This document shows, one piece after another, positions 27,484 through 42,306 of a stretch of 64,000 bases of DNA. Each line of letters starts with the position of its first letter. Within the stretch, counting starts at the first letter, position 1. The stretch comes from Eledone cirrhosa (taxonomy: Eukaryota). The notes under the pieces are model-generated. The model was not told the origin of the DNA and searched no databases. It worked only from the letters and a program-made list of their open reading frames with translations. Location of the stretch: contig OZ024740.1 of the NCBI GenBank assembly GCA_964016885.1, positions 256,680,001-256,744,000 on the forward strand, given 5' to 3'. The translations under genes were made by a program, and so were the position numbers.

Positions 27484-27688
27484 GCATATATATGTATATA
27501 TATATATGCATATATATATATATATATATGCATATATATGTATATATATATATGCATATGTATATATATATATATATATATATGCATATATATATATGCA
27601 TATATATATATGCATAAATATGTATATATATATATGCATATATATGTATATATATATGCATATATATGTATATATATGTATATACATA

Positions 27689-27737
<49 letters not shown>

Positions 27738-27779
27738 ATCCATATATCTGTATATATATATATATGCATATATATATAT

Positions 27780-27971
27780 CCCAGTCACTGAAGTGGTCAC
27801 AGAATATGTGACGAAAGAACTTTGACAATATATAAACAATCATCTGGTTGTGGAACCAACCAACCGGAAATTTATAAATTCCTAAATTTATAAATTTATT
27901 ATAATAAATTGAAGTGAAAGCACTGGTGCATGTGTTTCTTATTGGCAACATGACCCTCCCAAAGTATAACA

Positions 27972-28007
<36 letters not shown>

Positions 28008-28270
28008 TTCGTTTCTGAATTTGTTTAGCAAGATTCTTTATCTGAAAACATGTGTTGAAACCGATAGTGTTATGCTTTGGGAGGGTCATGTTGCCAATAA
28101 GAAACACACGCACCTGTAGCTTTCACTTCAATTTATTATAAATTAAATTCATAAATTTAGGAATTTATAAATTTCCGGTTGGTTGGTTGGTTCCACAACC
28201 AGACGATTGTTCATATATTGTTAAAGTTCTTTCGTCACACATTCTTTTTACCTCTTCGGTGACTGGGATC
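27780..28270. mobile_element. Tail-to-tail inverted pair of family F3, each copy with an HHR (27784-27826 +, 28220-28263 -)
   Basis: gtca CTGAAGt g gtcaca gaata tgtgac GAAA gaac T t tgac; minus copy has CcGAAGA...GAAA. Confidence 0.75.
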
Positions 28271-28359
28271 CTTTTCTTTGTTTTTGTGCCTCTCTTTTCT
28301 TCTGTCCTACGCCATCTTGTTTTTCAAGATGGCGTAAGATAGAACAAAGGACAGGAACT

Positions 28360-28660
28360 GAAATAACAACACAACCAGGAGCTGGACATATCGATGTATT
28401 GGCGGAGTAAAACACACTTCAACAACATGTGTACCTGTCTTTCCCACACCAGTTCGGACTGCCTGAAGAGGTCACAGCCAATGATGGCTGTCACCGAATT
28501 ATATATAGCAGTATATCTATAATTTATAATAAACGAAGCAAAATTTTACATATTTGACTGAAATATTTTACATTACTCCGGAATAAACAAACCAACCTGC
28601 GTACCTCGTCGAGTGCTCCAATCTGCATACTGAGGTGTCGGTAAACAACCAACATATACT
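28360..28660 (+). mobile_element. Family F5 element with HHR at 28458-28512
   Basis: actgc CTGAAGA ggt c acagcca atga tggctgt c acc GAAt tatata T a gcagt, then aataaa; second copy at 52780-53075. Confidence 0.8.
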
Positions 28661-29291
28661 AAAAAATATATATTATATTATTCTCCTAGATTTAATAATT
28701 AACTAATTAATTTAATTAGACAATTCTGTTTATTGGTTAATTATTAGTGTTTGTTTTATAACATCTAGTCGAGAGCTTATCATGATGATTAGCGGACATT
28801 TAAAATATTTCCTTTTTCGCTAACATTTTGAATAACCGCCTGGGACCGGGGGTTATTTCCCTTGCCGGAATTAGCACGTCATAATTATAGATACGATTAG
28901 TAGCTTGTTGCAGCAACATATAATTTATCACTCCGATCCTATGAAGAGCGATAAAACCTGTTGATAAACTGAATCCTACGTTCGATCACCATTAATATGA
29001 GCTTGCTTTTCAAGTAAGTCTGAGATTTGATTTCGGATTCAAAGAAACACTTTAAACGACTGTTCGTTTAATTTGTCCAGGTGTACTTGTCTCAGCCTGA
29101 TTAGTTCTATCGTTGCTTTGGTATATATTGTGTGTTAGTTTAGCCTACCACAATGTTCGATTTGTCAAGCTATTTAAACGTATGTTATTACTCTAAAGCC
29201 CTACCTTATCGAGTGCTTTGCTAACTCATCACTTCATATAAGTAGGCCGAATTCACTTGCAAACCGCCAGAGATTCGATTTTACTGATTTC

Positions 29292-29365
<74 letters not shown>

Positions 29366-29842
29366 TAGATAGATAGATAGATACCGAGTTGAGTCGAGGG
29401 TAGCCACAGTAAATACGGTACTCAATACATTTTTAATAGAAAAGAATTCTACTGGACTACAACTCTTTTATTCGTATGAAATCATCAAGAATGCCAGTTG
29501 AAATAGTAAGTCATTGGTATTTTAAAGTCTCATAGTGGTTGTGAGTGGTAGTGGTGGTGGTGGGGATTTATTTTAGATTCAAGTGTAGGGTATTGCGTTA
29601 GAGTGGGGATGGGAAGGCGGGAAGTGGGATTAAGGGAGTGGGGAAATATTTTTAAGTAGGTAGAGAGGAATCTTAAAGAGTATATATAGAAAAATACAAC
29701 CAAGCTAATATGCACTTGTATGTGCGTATATGTATGAACATACATACACAAACGCTCACTTATACATACGCACATACACCCATATATCTATATATATATA
29801 TGCACACACACATACATACATATGTTTGTTTATGTATTTATA

Positions 29843-30152
29843 TACAGAAAAAAGAGAATCAGTGTTGCGACGAAAGGAATTTATTGGACATATTACAATT
29901 GTTTCTAGGGTGACCAGCTCGTGGACGCGATCGATGTGGTGATCAAATTTGACTCTGAAATCGCGCGGTCCTCGGATATGTCTCGATTCTACGAAGCAGA
30001 TTTTCCTATTACTTCGTAGCATTGAGACGTATCCGAGGACCGCGCGATTTCAGAGTCAGGTTAGATCACCACATCGATCGTGCCTCGAGCTGTTCGCCTG
30101 AAAAACAATTGTAATATGTTCTTTGGTCGCAACACTGATTCTCTTTTTTCTG
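29843..30152. repeat. Fold-back element, arms about 150 bp
   Basis: acagaaaaaagagaatcagtgttgcgac ... gtcgcaacactgattctcttttttctgt. Confidence 0.9.
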
Positions 30153-30379
30153 TGATATCATACTCAGCTCTATGAGGGTATCGAGTGCTCATACGGCCTA
30201 CCGCATACGGACGCTTTAAACATCCAACACCAATTATATATATATACAAATGCATAGATAGCCACACATGCAAACATACACATATATGCCTGTGCACACA
30301 CATATGCACACACTCAGGCCAAATGGTCATACCAATAAAGATTTACACATATATATACACGCAATCTACCTTCTACTAA

Positions 30380-31220
30380 ACAAGAGAAGTTCGGTTTTAA
30401 AACCAACAATGCACCCCTATTAACAGCCTACTTGAACCTTTCGAAGGTGACGTCTTCCGAATGATTAAAAACGTTAAGTTCCACAGAACCAATACACCTT
30501 TTCTGACTTACTTAACGGATGATCTTCATACTATGAAACGTTTCCCTAACGTCCATGTTCCTTCCGACAAAACTAAGAACTTGTACGAACTGGACATCCC
30601 AACTTACCAGAGACTAACAAAATACGCCATCACCAACACTTAAAAGAAAGTAGACGATGGGGCGGTAAATAACACAAACGCAGACGGCAAAGTGATCGCT
30701 AAAACCCTGAAAGTCGACGACAAAGCTGAACCTTTAAGGGTGGAATCCCCGCACTTCTCCCTAAGGACACAAATCCACCTTCCACCGTAAACCAACTGTC
30801 GGAATAATAGTTCCAACACGTTTCGTCATCGGATCTATCAACAAAAGAATCCTCAACAGGATTATTCCACAACTCCGAGAAGCATCACCACTGCCCCTCC
30901 TGAGCAAAACATCTCTGGATTTACCGGAGAAGAGAACGAACCGCTCCCTCCAACTTGACATAGATGACTATTACGCCTCTATTAGCGAGGCCCTCATAAA
31001 GAAAGCACTAGTCTACGCTTGTCACTAAGATCTCGGATGAGGAGTACAACATGATCCTCCATGCACGTAAAACCTTCCTTTTTCATAAAGGCTCCCTTTG
31101 GATTGACAAATCATCGGACAGCCCATTCGATGCTAGCATGGGAGCGAGTAACTCGGCAGAAATAAGCAACCTTGTTGACCTGTACACTCTACACAAACTG
31201 AGGCAACACTTCACCGGAAT
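30380..31220 (+). pseudogene. Penelope-like reverse transcriptase remnant
   Basis: MIKNVKF, VPSDKTKNLY, DIDDYYASISEALIKKAL, ILHARKTFLF...W, FDASMGASNSAEISNLVDLY. Confidence 0.75.
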
Positions 31221-31254
31221 TATGTGTGTATATGTATATATATATATATATATT

Positions 31255-31866
31255 ATGTCAGGTCACCAGTTGGTGCTACTGGTAACATGTATCCCAGTAC
31301 AACCTGTCTCATGGTCGGGTCGTTGGCGACTAAACTGGCAACCCCACCAAGGTTTCTTGGTGAGGAGGGTGACTTTGGACATCCTGCAGGACTAAAAACA
31401 AAACCTGTAAAAGAGCAAAGGATCTCTTAAGAGTCAATGGCCATCCAAAATCACCGGGAGAGATGACCCCTTAGCCTTTGTCAAGGCAGAATTCTAGGAG
31501 AAGGAAAACTCTGATATAACACCTGCAACCCTGATGGTAGCCAATGATGTTGACTTGTTATTCTTTTTGGTAAATATCATCTTGGTTAAGAGAGTGGAAA
31601 GGACTGGCTTTGTGCAGTGCCTTTGATCACTATAAAAGCTTCACGGCACAGGCATTGCTTTATATGTGGAGATCTCTCTGCACTTGTCGTTACATGGTAC
31701 CATGGGCCCAGCACTATGTGTCAATAATTGTCACAAGTGTAGTGTTTGTACCAGAGTTTTCAAGTCGCTGGCTGGACTAAAAAGTCACACTCGTTCAGCG
31801 CATCGGTAGGGGTTCTCCTACAGGGATATAAAGTAGTGGCCGTACTCGAAAACGAGTTGGCAGCCA

Positions 31867-31870
<4 letters not shown>
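31255..31870 (+). mobile_element. Internally deleted RTE-like element (5' leader joined to C2H2-finger 3' end) in (TA)n
   Basis: Leader homologous to 39340-39690; 3' end reads CSVCTRVFKSLAGLKSHTRSAH, tail gcagccaccat(AT)n. Confidence 0.55.
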
Positions 31871-31903
<33 letters not shown>

Positions 31904-31909
31904 TAGAAC

Positions 31910-32041
31910 ACTGGAAGGTAATATCCATAGTGGTAGGGCACTCAGTCCATGGGACGAGTTAGGTAGAAGTGGTAACACAACAGTTACTTCACTATACCGA
32001 GAACAATTGTTTCACCTTAGAGGATCCGCTAAGGTGAAACA

Positions 32042-32045
<4 letters not shown>
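31910..32045 (-). mobile_element. Family F6 short element with the 3' half of an HHR and a terminal fold-back
   Basis: Homologous to 41290-41406; ...aaggt GAAA caattg T t ctcgg. Confidence 0.65.
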
Positions 32046-32108
<63 letters not shown>

Positions 32109-32109
<1 letters not shown>

Positions 32110-32930
32110 GAGGTGTGTCAGAAAAGTTCCAGGACTGATGTCACAAAAGATTTATTTCAAACCCAAACTTCACACTAACAGTTTCTCCTTCAAAGTATTC
32201 CCCCTGGTGTCTAATGCACTTTTCCATCCTTTGCTGCCACGCTTGCATGCACTCCTGGAAGGATTCTTCCGGGATCCTCCGCAGTTCCGTCGTCACGGCC
32301 TTTTTGATGTCGTCCACGTCTTCAAAACGGATCCCCTCCTGTGATGACTGTCCCTAGCAAGTCTGGTTCGGTTTCAAGACGCTCGAGGATGTCCTGCCAC
32401 ACTTGCATGCGTCGACCCTTCTGGTCATCATTCAGCAGTTTTGGCACCATCTTCGCGCAGACTTTCCGCATGTCCAAATCTTCAGTGAGAATCTTCCAGA
32501 CGCTCTCCCGATTCATGCCCAGTTCGTTTGCCATCAGTCGAACAGTCCTGTTTGTTGAGGGCCTTCCGCCCCTGGGGTCATCTTCCACGTCCTCGCGTCC
32601 TTCTTTAAACCTCTTGCAACACTCAAAAACGCGAGCGTGACATCGTCCCATCACCATACACTTGCAGCAATCCCAGTGCTTCTGACGGAGTTTTCCTCAA
32701 CCGTACCAGAAACTTCAAGTATGTTGGTTGCTCTGTGCTCATTGCTTGACCTGAAACAGAGGACATGTATATAAAATTATGTAGAAAAAAGTGTGATCGC
32801 TGCAGAGAGCTAAGATTACAGTTACATGCTCCAGGGGGATTACTTTGAAGGAGAAAACTCTTAGTGTGAAGTTTGGGTTTGAAATAAATCTTTTGTGACA
32901 TCAGTCCTGGAACTTTTCTGTCACACCTCC
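32109..32930 (-). mobile_element. Mariner DNA transposon, catalytic domain deleted
   Basis: Long TIRs (at least 60 bp) cgaggtgtgtcagaaaagttcc..., TA flanks; RFKEGREDVEDDPRGGRP, RKVCAKMVPKLL, C-terminal CI.HQGEYFEG. Confidence 0.92.
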
Positions 32931-33369
32931 TATATATAGTGTAATGTGTGTGCTTGTGTGTATATATATATATATGTGTGTGTGTGTGTGAGTCTGTGTA
33001 TAAATCGAATGCTGGAAAGATCGATATATATTATGTTAATAAATAAAAATGTTTATAGATATGTGTGCATGTATGTATTTCTGTGTGGGTACGCATTTGT
33101 TGTATTCTCTCCCTATCTCCCCCTCCCTTCCCTCTTTCTATTGATTTTCCATCCAATCTAATGTGATGAGTTGGCCAAGTACTGAACAAAACAGTAGAAA
33201 AACCAAACACCATAACAACAACTACAATGAGCTGCAGCATTAGTGGTAGTAGTAACAACATTAAAAATAGCCACATCAGCATCATCATCAACATCACCAG
33301 CAAAAGTATTAGTATTCACAACAAAAACAACATTAGCAGCATTAATTAACGACATTAACAACAACACCA

Positions 33370-33610
33370 ACAATATAACAACATTAAATTCATCAACAGT
33401 GACAATAACATATACAACAACATCAACAACATCAACAACAACATATACAACAACATCAACAACATCAACAACATCAACAACATCAACAACAATACCAACA
33501 ACATCAACAACAATACCAACAACATCAGCAACATTAACAACATTAACAACAACAGTAACAACATCAGCAATATTAAAAAGAACACCGCTAACATTAACAA
33601 TAATATCAAC
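33370..33610. repeat. (AAC/ATC)n trinucleotide-derived repeat
   Basis: Directly visible. Confidence 0.9.
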
Positions 33611-33809
33611 AAAGGGAGAGAATACCCAGTATATCAGTTTCTAATTGAAAGATAATTACTATTCCGGAACGGACCAATCAATGACAGAATATTTTGGTAC
33701 AGTACTGTTGTTGTTGTTGTTGTTGTTGTCATGGTTGTGTTTGTTTTGTTTTATCGTTTATTTTGGAGGAAGCGCAATACCATGATCAGAGCCAGATAAT
33801 TAACAGCCA

Positions 33810-33985
33810 TGTCTAGCTCTACATGTGTGGTGCTATTTAGCACCCTACGCTATCTCTGCAATGTGTGTCTGGATATTTAGCACCCTAGGCTAGCTCTACA
33901 ATGTGTGTCTGAATATTTACTCCCCTAGGCTAGCTCTACACTCCATTTAAAGATACTTAGTGTTCTACACTAGCTCCACAATCTG
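33810..33985. repeat. Tandem repeat of about 39 bp (ctagctctacaatgtgtgtctggatatttagcaccctagg)
   Basis: 4-5 degenerate units. Confidence 0.8.
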
Positions 33986-34644
33986 TAACTCATTCTCCTA
34001 ATTATGCACCCCAGTTTCCCATTTATGCGCCCCATTCTCCCAAATAAGATGATTTCAACTTACAATTCTTTGAGATGAATAAACTTCTTTATAATAATTT
34101 TCGCTCTGACCAAACTAAGAAATCTAATAAGTCCAAATTTCCACAATACAGTCCACGCTTTCCCTCGCCAAATCATGATAGGTCATAATATCATACGAAC
34201 TTTTCACCGATATGTATATTTCCACAACCCTGCTACGTGGTAAAGATGTTTAACGATATAGTTATTGATCGCAGGAAATTATTATATACTTGATTTAGGT
34301 ATGCATATTTTAAAATAAATGTCATCTTTTAAGGTCCAGTAATGTGGTCGGCACCCTAGACCCTGCCTAGTTGGACTTCATGAAAACGCCGGCCCTGTCC
34401 GTGACCCTTTTAAAGAAACCTCTAAAAAGAGGGGAAAGGTAGGAGGAAGGAATCCACAAAATGGTGACTTTGCTTAAATGCTTTCAAAAAAAGTGCACGC
34501 TGCTAAAAGTACCCTTGGGCCAGATGTGGTGTTTAACCTTCTGACGGATTAAGGATGGTATGTAGCATTTGAAGTTAGAACATTAAGAACCGTAACAAAT
34601 ATCGCAAGTTACATAACACTATAATTTACCAAATCTCTTTCATC

Positions 34645-34805
34645 TTTTCGTCGGTCTTTTCCAGTTGCTAGTTCTATCTATCGGTCGCAACTCCAGGTAG
34701 AAGGAGCAACGTGAAATAAAGCAAGACACTTTATTTCACGTTGGGCCTTCTGCCTGGAGTTGCGATCGATAGATAGTACTAACAACTGGAAAGACCGACG
34801 AAAAA
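34645..34805. repeat. Fold-back hairpin built from SINE-B sequence
   Basis: tttcgtcggtcttt...caacgtgaaataaag / ctttatttcacgttg...aaagaccgacgaaa. Confidence 0.85.
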
Positions 34806-35959
34806 ATTGTTTCCTCGGTCCGATTTGACGAAAGTCGATCGATCCTTTCTTCATCTTTATATGTATACATAAAAATACATACACTGATATATATATATAT
34901 AGCTATTGAGCAGTTAATTTTATTGATTTTTTTTAGTTGCTTCTATTGACTGTTGAATAGCTCTGTTATATTTAACCATTCTGTCGAGCGCTTTATTCGA
35001 TTTGTGATATTTTGCATTCTCGCAATATTATACACAACTGAATCATTCGCAAAATAGAGGTGTTGCCTCCCTTGCTGAACTCCACGTGGGGTCAGTAATA
35101 GACACTCTTATCTATAGCATCCTAGAACAGAACCCGTTGATAACACGACTTCCTTGTTCATCATCTTACCTGAAGCCACACATTCTTTATGGAGGCGGAC
35201 AGTACCTGATTTTGGAGTCGCAGAAACCAATACTGGATTTTACCATCAGAAAGTATCAACACATATTTTTATTGTTTGACCCGAATTACTTGGTCGTTTG
35301 TTTTGGCTGTGCGGATGATATGTTTAACCATCATCTCAGTGTGTTTGGCCCTTAACGTATGTTGTAGTTCTGATTCACATGAATCATCGAGCGCTTGCCA
35401 CACATATCGGATGTTGATTTTCGTTCATTCCTGTGCTGAAATACGATTCTCGCTAATTTATATTTATATATATATAGGTAGGTAGGTAGATAGATAGATA
35501 GAGATGTAGGTAGATAGATAGATCGGTAGGTGGGTAAGTAGGTAGGTAGTTAGGTAGATCTACGTTTATACACACACACATATTTTATTATTTTACTGGT
35601 TTGAATTAATAGACAGTGGCTATGCTGCAGCATCGCCTTAAAGGGAATTTAGTCGTTCATCTCGACTACATTACCTATTTATTATCATGAATGTAGAGTA
35701 ATAACTAGTAATAAAAAATATTAATATATTGGTACAACCTCAACCAGCTTTAAGGAAAGATGGTACAACCATCGCCACACCTTTAAAAGAGTTGATAAAA
35801 GGTAAAACAGAGCTAGTTCGGAACTGATTTTCACGTTAAAAAGTAACCAAGTACAATACTCTGTTTCATATGCGGTTCCTTATATAAACGCGTCTATATC
35901 TTCCGGGTGTGACCTCTGTACTACATAGACTTTACATATTATAAATAGAAGACACTAGT

Positions 35960-36470
35960 TGTCAATAAAAGCTCGGACATATTTAATACATGCCCGCAGA
36001 GGATGTCTAAACTTTCTGGCGTTTCCTTTGAGAGGACCACATTTACTGCAATGGTCTAGCTTCTGTCTTTTAAGAAGTCGTGAATCCATTCACCTAGTTT
36101 TCCAGCTATGCCAAAATTACGGAGTTTGTGACATCATTTCATCATCAACCTTGTCGAAAGTCTTCGCAAAGTCGAGATATATCACATCTCCATTCGAACG
36201 GTTTAGCAACTATTTGAGTATCCAGTCATAATGCTGCAAGAGCTGCGTAAGACAACTTCTACACAGGCGAAAGCCATGCTGGATGTCAGTTAGAAGATCT
36301 TTTTCCTCTAGAAAAGTGACCAGTTTCGTTCTGATGATTCGTTTCATGACTTTGCTGATATGTGAGGTAGGGGAGACAGGTCTGTAGTTTTTAGCATCTA
36401 CTCTGCTCCCTCCTTTATGCCTTCTTTTAGTTTTTCAGGTAGTTTACCACTTGCAAGGGATCTGCAGTAG
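35960..36470 (-). mobile_element. CR1/L2-type LINE RT fragment
   Basis: Minus strand reads NYRPVSPTSHISKVMKRII, QHGFR..RSCLTQL, DVIYLDFAKTFDKV. Confidence 0.8.
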
Positions 36471-38057
36471 TTATGCTAATGTTCGCTTGCATGTTTTTAG
36501 GAGGATTGCTGGGAAATCATCAGCGCCAGCTGATGATATTACATCTATGGATGATATTACATCTTTCAACATTATCTATGTGGTTGATGGTTGCCATTTC
36601 TCTGTGTAATGCAGTTGTGTTGAAGAACCCATCTGGCTTACCTATTTGCATATTTATATATACATATATACATATCATCATCCTCATCATCATTATTTTA
36701 TGCCTATCTGCCACGCTAACATGGGTTAGACGGGTTTATCCTATTTAGAGGCAAGTTGGGTCGGTTATATATATATATATATACCAACTGCTTTTTTAAA
36801 CTTCGTCCTCTCTCTCCCCTCCGTGCCATTGTCCTGTGTTTCCCCCTTCTATCAGTATGTTTTATTTTTATTTTTCTCTTTTTCTTTCTTTCTCTCGCTC
36901 CGCTATCACCTCTTTTTTGTCTTTTCTTTCCCTCATAACTTGTTGGTAATAAGTTATGGGCGCGCTACGGATAGATATGTTGTCTATAATGCGCTGAAAC
37001 ATCTGTGACCCGTAGTAAACAACTGATCAACGGTAAATGTCTATCTCTTGTTTGTCTTCCTTTAACTTTCTAACACTCGTTATCAGTAACCCCGTAAGCT
37101 CGCACCTCTCAAGCCATATTTTTATAATAATCCACTCCTACCCACTAACCACACGAACCCCCACCGACACTACTTACTTTTGCTGACCCCCTGCCTTTGT
37201 TTGCAGATACGCTTACCTGTGTCTGGCACCTCCACTTTCTCTAGGATACCTTCGCATGGCTGTAATCAGTAGTCATTTGCACAGAGTCTCAGTCTTTTGT
37301 GTCTTTTTCCTAGCTAAACTCATTGCTCATAGCTTTGCCCTGGAGGGTTAGTGTTTATGCTTCAACAGGGTAGCATGCTTTTCCTCCATAATTGCATTGA
37401 GCTCATCCGCACTTGCCTCAAGCCAGTTATGTGTCATTCTTCACTTCTTCCCGAAGGTTTTCAATGCAGTATCATCGATGGTGTGATCTGAGAGTCCCAT
37501 CTCTGCTAAATATCACCTTCCTGTGGGTCTGCAAAGAGGGCGTCTTCCATTGACTTGAAAAATGCTGCTACTTTGGCTCAATGCAGCTACGTTGGCAAGT
37601 AAACAGTACCATATACTGCTTACATGCCAATTGTCAAAGTTAGTGAAATATATATTTTCTGGAATATACAGTGGTTGATCGGCCTGACTTGCATATTAGC
37701 AGACTGCCCGATCAGTCAGATCTGCATATTAGCAAACACACCGATCAGCCAGATTTGCATATCAGCAGATAGGCCAGCCAGTTTCATGTATATAAGCGAT
37801 TAATGGCCGGCTTTGCCATACTCAAATAACTACATATATCACGTCCACATCTCAGATGTCCAGAAATTATTTCAGTACTCAATCGCAGTATAGTAAAAAC
37901 TGTGTAAGGCAGCTACTTTCTGGGCGAAAGCCATATTGGGTGTTAGTTAGGCGGTCATTTTCCCCGAGCACGTGTACCGAGGCAGTTTCTTTTTCAAATT
38001 TAAAGAAGGTCTTAGTGTTTATTTAAATATTTTTTAAGGCCTTGGCTTCTCTCTCTT

Positions 38058-38492
<435 letters not shown>

Positions 38493-38615
38493 GTAATGCT
38501 CGGATCTAATCTTTGAGCTTATTCTACAGTGGATATGTCGCATGTCTCTCAGACATGACAACCCTTAATTTTAATTTTAATTTTGGTTATATATGTATAT
38601 GTATGCATTTATATG

Positions 38616-38648
<33 letters not shown>

Positions 38649-38651
38649 GTA

Positions 38652-38712
<61 letters not shown>

Positions 38713-38984
38713 ATATATATATGTATGTATATATATATATGTATGTATATATATATATGTATGTATATATATATATGTATGCATATATATATATGTATGC
38801 ATATATATATGTATGTATATATATATATGTATGTATATATATATATGTATGTATATATATATATGTATGCATATATATATATGTATGCATATATATATAT
38901 ATGTATGTATATATATATATATGTATGCATATATATATATATATGTATATATATATGCATGCATGTATATATATATATACATGC

Positions 38985-39059
<75 letters not shown>

Positions 39060-39079
39060 CATGTATATATATATATACA

Positions 39080-39120
<41 letters not shown>

Positions 39121-39127
<7 letters not shown>

Positions 39128-39330
39128 TAACAGATTAAAGTTTAAACGAAGAATCGCTGCTTTCACTCTTAACGGGATCTTCTGAAACTAAAAAAGTCAA
39201 TCTGTGAACGCAGATGTAAATATTTCGAAAAACGTTGCAACCGGAGGAAGACAGGAAGACGATACTTTGGTTTGTGGAAACGTTCCCTGGCAAAGAACGA
39301 AAAAAAACGAAGATAATACGTCATTAAATG
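39121..39330 (-). mobile_element. Family F1 copy (variant HHR at 39139-39189)
   Basis: Homology to 11395; CAGAAGA...GAAA. Confidence 0.75.
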
Positions 39331-39339
39331 GTGCATTAT

Positions 39340-39690
39340 ATACATGTCTCATGGTCGGGTCGTCGGTGACTAAACCGGCAACCCTAACAAGCTTCTTTGG
39401 TGAGGATAGTGATATTTGGACACCCTGCGGGATGAAATACAAGACCCAGCAAAAGGTGGAGGAACTTAGCAGAGTCAACGGCCATCCAAATAGAACTTTT
39501 TTTTTTTTACTTGGAAGTTAAACGCCTCCAGTTGTTATCACAACACCTTTCTAGGAGAGGGGAAACTCTGAAAATAAACCTGCGGCTTTGGAAGCATTGA
39601 ATGATGTTGACCAATTCTCCTTTTCAGGTAGTGTTGTCCCCACTTAAAAAATCAAAGCACAGGCAGTTCTAGTTCAGGTTATGTTACATT
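39340..39690 (+). mobile_element. RTE-like 5' leader fragment
   Basis: Homologous to 31300-31600 (tgtctcatggtcgggtcg...gactaaac...ggaaactctga..taaacacc). Confidence 0.55.
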
Positions 39691-39756
39691 TCCGTGTGGC
39701 TGGCCGTAAAAGAAAACCAAACTCTGCGACATGTGTGTGTGTGTGTGTGTGTGTGC

Positions 39757-39834
<78 letters not shown>

Positions 39835-39840
<6 letters not shown>

Positions 39841-39989
39841 AAAAAGGGATGAAATCGAAAATGCAACTGAAGTCTTATTTTTAAAAAAAATAAGACTTCA
39901 GTTGCATTTTCGATTTCATCCCTTTTTCTTTATACTTCCACTCGTGTAGGACACCTCGGTTATTTTTCATTTTGTAAAAAAAACCTCAC

Positions 39990-39996
<7 letters not shown>
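39835..39996. repeat. Fold-back terminus (about 100-bp palindrome plus tail); related copy at 41193-41272
   Basis: aagaaaaagggatgaaatcgaaaatgcaactgaagtcttatt / its reverse complement. Confidence 0.85.
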
Positions 39997-40050
<54 letters not shown>

Positions 40051-40154
40051 CATATATACATATATATATATACATATATATATACACACACATATATATA
40101 TATACACACACACATACACACACATACACACACACACACGCACATATATATATA

Positions 40155-40495
40155 TAATAATAATAATAAATGTGAAGCCTAAATTCGAAAGAGGGCTCGA
40201 TAAGGATAAATATATATCAAATATATAAGAACCAGAGAGCAAATATTTATTAAAATAACAGATTAAAGTTTAAGCAAAGAATCGCTGTTTCACCCTTAAC
40301 GGGATCTCCTGAAACTAAAAAAATCAATCTGTACACGCAGAAGTAAATATTTTGAAAAACTTTGCAGCGGAAGTAAAACAGGAAGACGATACTTTGGTTC
40401 GTGAAGACATTCCCAGGCAATGAAAGGAAAACAGCGAAGATAAAACGTCGTTATAAGGTGCGAGAGAACAAATACACGCAAAGACAAAACCACGT
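40155..40495 (-). mobile_element. Family F1 copy with full 3' tail (HHR-like at 40267-40316, core decayed)
   Basis: HHR followed by aataaa and tail ...gagccctctt...tattattatta(TA)n. Confidence 0.75.
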
Positions 40496-40702
40496 TTAAG
40501 CTATAAATGGAGTCATTAGACTAATATTCTATTCAGGAAATCAAATGATTCTCGGCTTCGGAGTTAAGAATAATGTAAATTAATTTGTTGAACGAAAATT
40601 ACAGAGGTTATAAAATCATTTTCGTACAATAAATTTATTTACATTATTCTTAACTCCGTATAAATATGTATATATATATATATGTGTGGGTATGTATATA
40701 TA

Positions 40703-40814
<112 letters not shown>

Positions 40815-40904
40815 CATACCCACATATATATATACATACACATAAATACATATACATATATATACATACACACGTATATATATATGTATGTATATGTATA
40901 TACA

Positions 40905-41200
<296 letters not shown>

Positions 41201-41273
41201 GTGAGGTTTTTTTTACAAATTGAAAAATAACCGAGGTGTCCTACACGAGTGAAAGTATAAAGAAAAAGAGATG

Positions 41274-41406
41274 CGGATCCTCAGCTCGTAATCCGCTAAT
41301 GTGAAAAAATTGTTCTCGGTATGGTGAACTATCTGTTGTGTAACCACTTCTACCTAACTCGTCCCATGGACTGAGTGCTCTACCACTACGGATATTACCT
41401 TCCACT
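41274..41406 (+). mobile_element. Family F6 copy whose HHR is split by an inversion
   Basis: Minus 41289-41274 reads cgag CTGAGGA tccgc; plus from 41291 reads atccgctaatgt GAAA aaattg T t ctcg. Confidence 0.65.
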
Positions 41407-41727
41407 ATATATATATATATTTATATATATATATACATATGTATATACACATATACATACATATATATATATACATATACATACATATATACACATTTAT
41501 ATACATATTTATATACACATATTCATACATATATATATACACATTTATATACATATTTATACATATATATATACACATACATACACACATATATATATAT
41601 ATTTATACATATATATATAATATATATGTATATATATATATATATATAATATATATGTATATATATATATATATATATAATATATATGTATATATATACA
41701 TATATATATATATATATAATATATATG

Positions 41728-41758
<31 letters not shown>

Positions 41759-41793
41759 TATATATAATATATATGTATATATATACATATACA

Positions 41794-41847
<54 letters not shown>

Positions 41848-41871
41848 AATATATATAAAATATATATGTAA

Positions 41872-41922
<51 letters not shown>

Positions 41923-41963
41923 TTCAAAATATTAACGGAATAGATATTCTTGTGATCAAGTAT

Positions 41964-42028
41964 ATTTTATTATACATATTTGAGAGGTACTGAGCTAAGT
42001 TCAACAGTACGTCCTCATCAGATAAAAT
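41964..42028 (-). ncRNA. Hammerhead motif (G12 mutated) inside fold-back element 41918-42146
   Basis: attttat CTGATGA ggac gtactg..cagtac ctct cAAA tatgta T a ataaaat. Confidence 0.6.
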
Positions 42029-42238
42029 AAGATGATGCATGACATACCCTGACATAGTAGATGGTTAAGATTCAGTCATGACTGAATCTTAACCATCTAT
42101 ATACGTGATCACAAGAATATCTATTTTGTTAATATTTTGAATTAACATTAATAACTCTGGAAAACCTTAACTGTTGAGTGCTTCCCATCTATTGTAAAAC
42201 TCATTCTTTTATGTATTGATTGAACCTTCTTTAACTTT

Positions 42239-42306
<68 letters not shown>

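Noticed and set aside
33243-33644. Mucin-like Thr-rich ORF
   Set aside because: Explained by the AAC/ATC repeat; no splice or domain support
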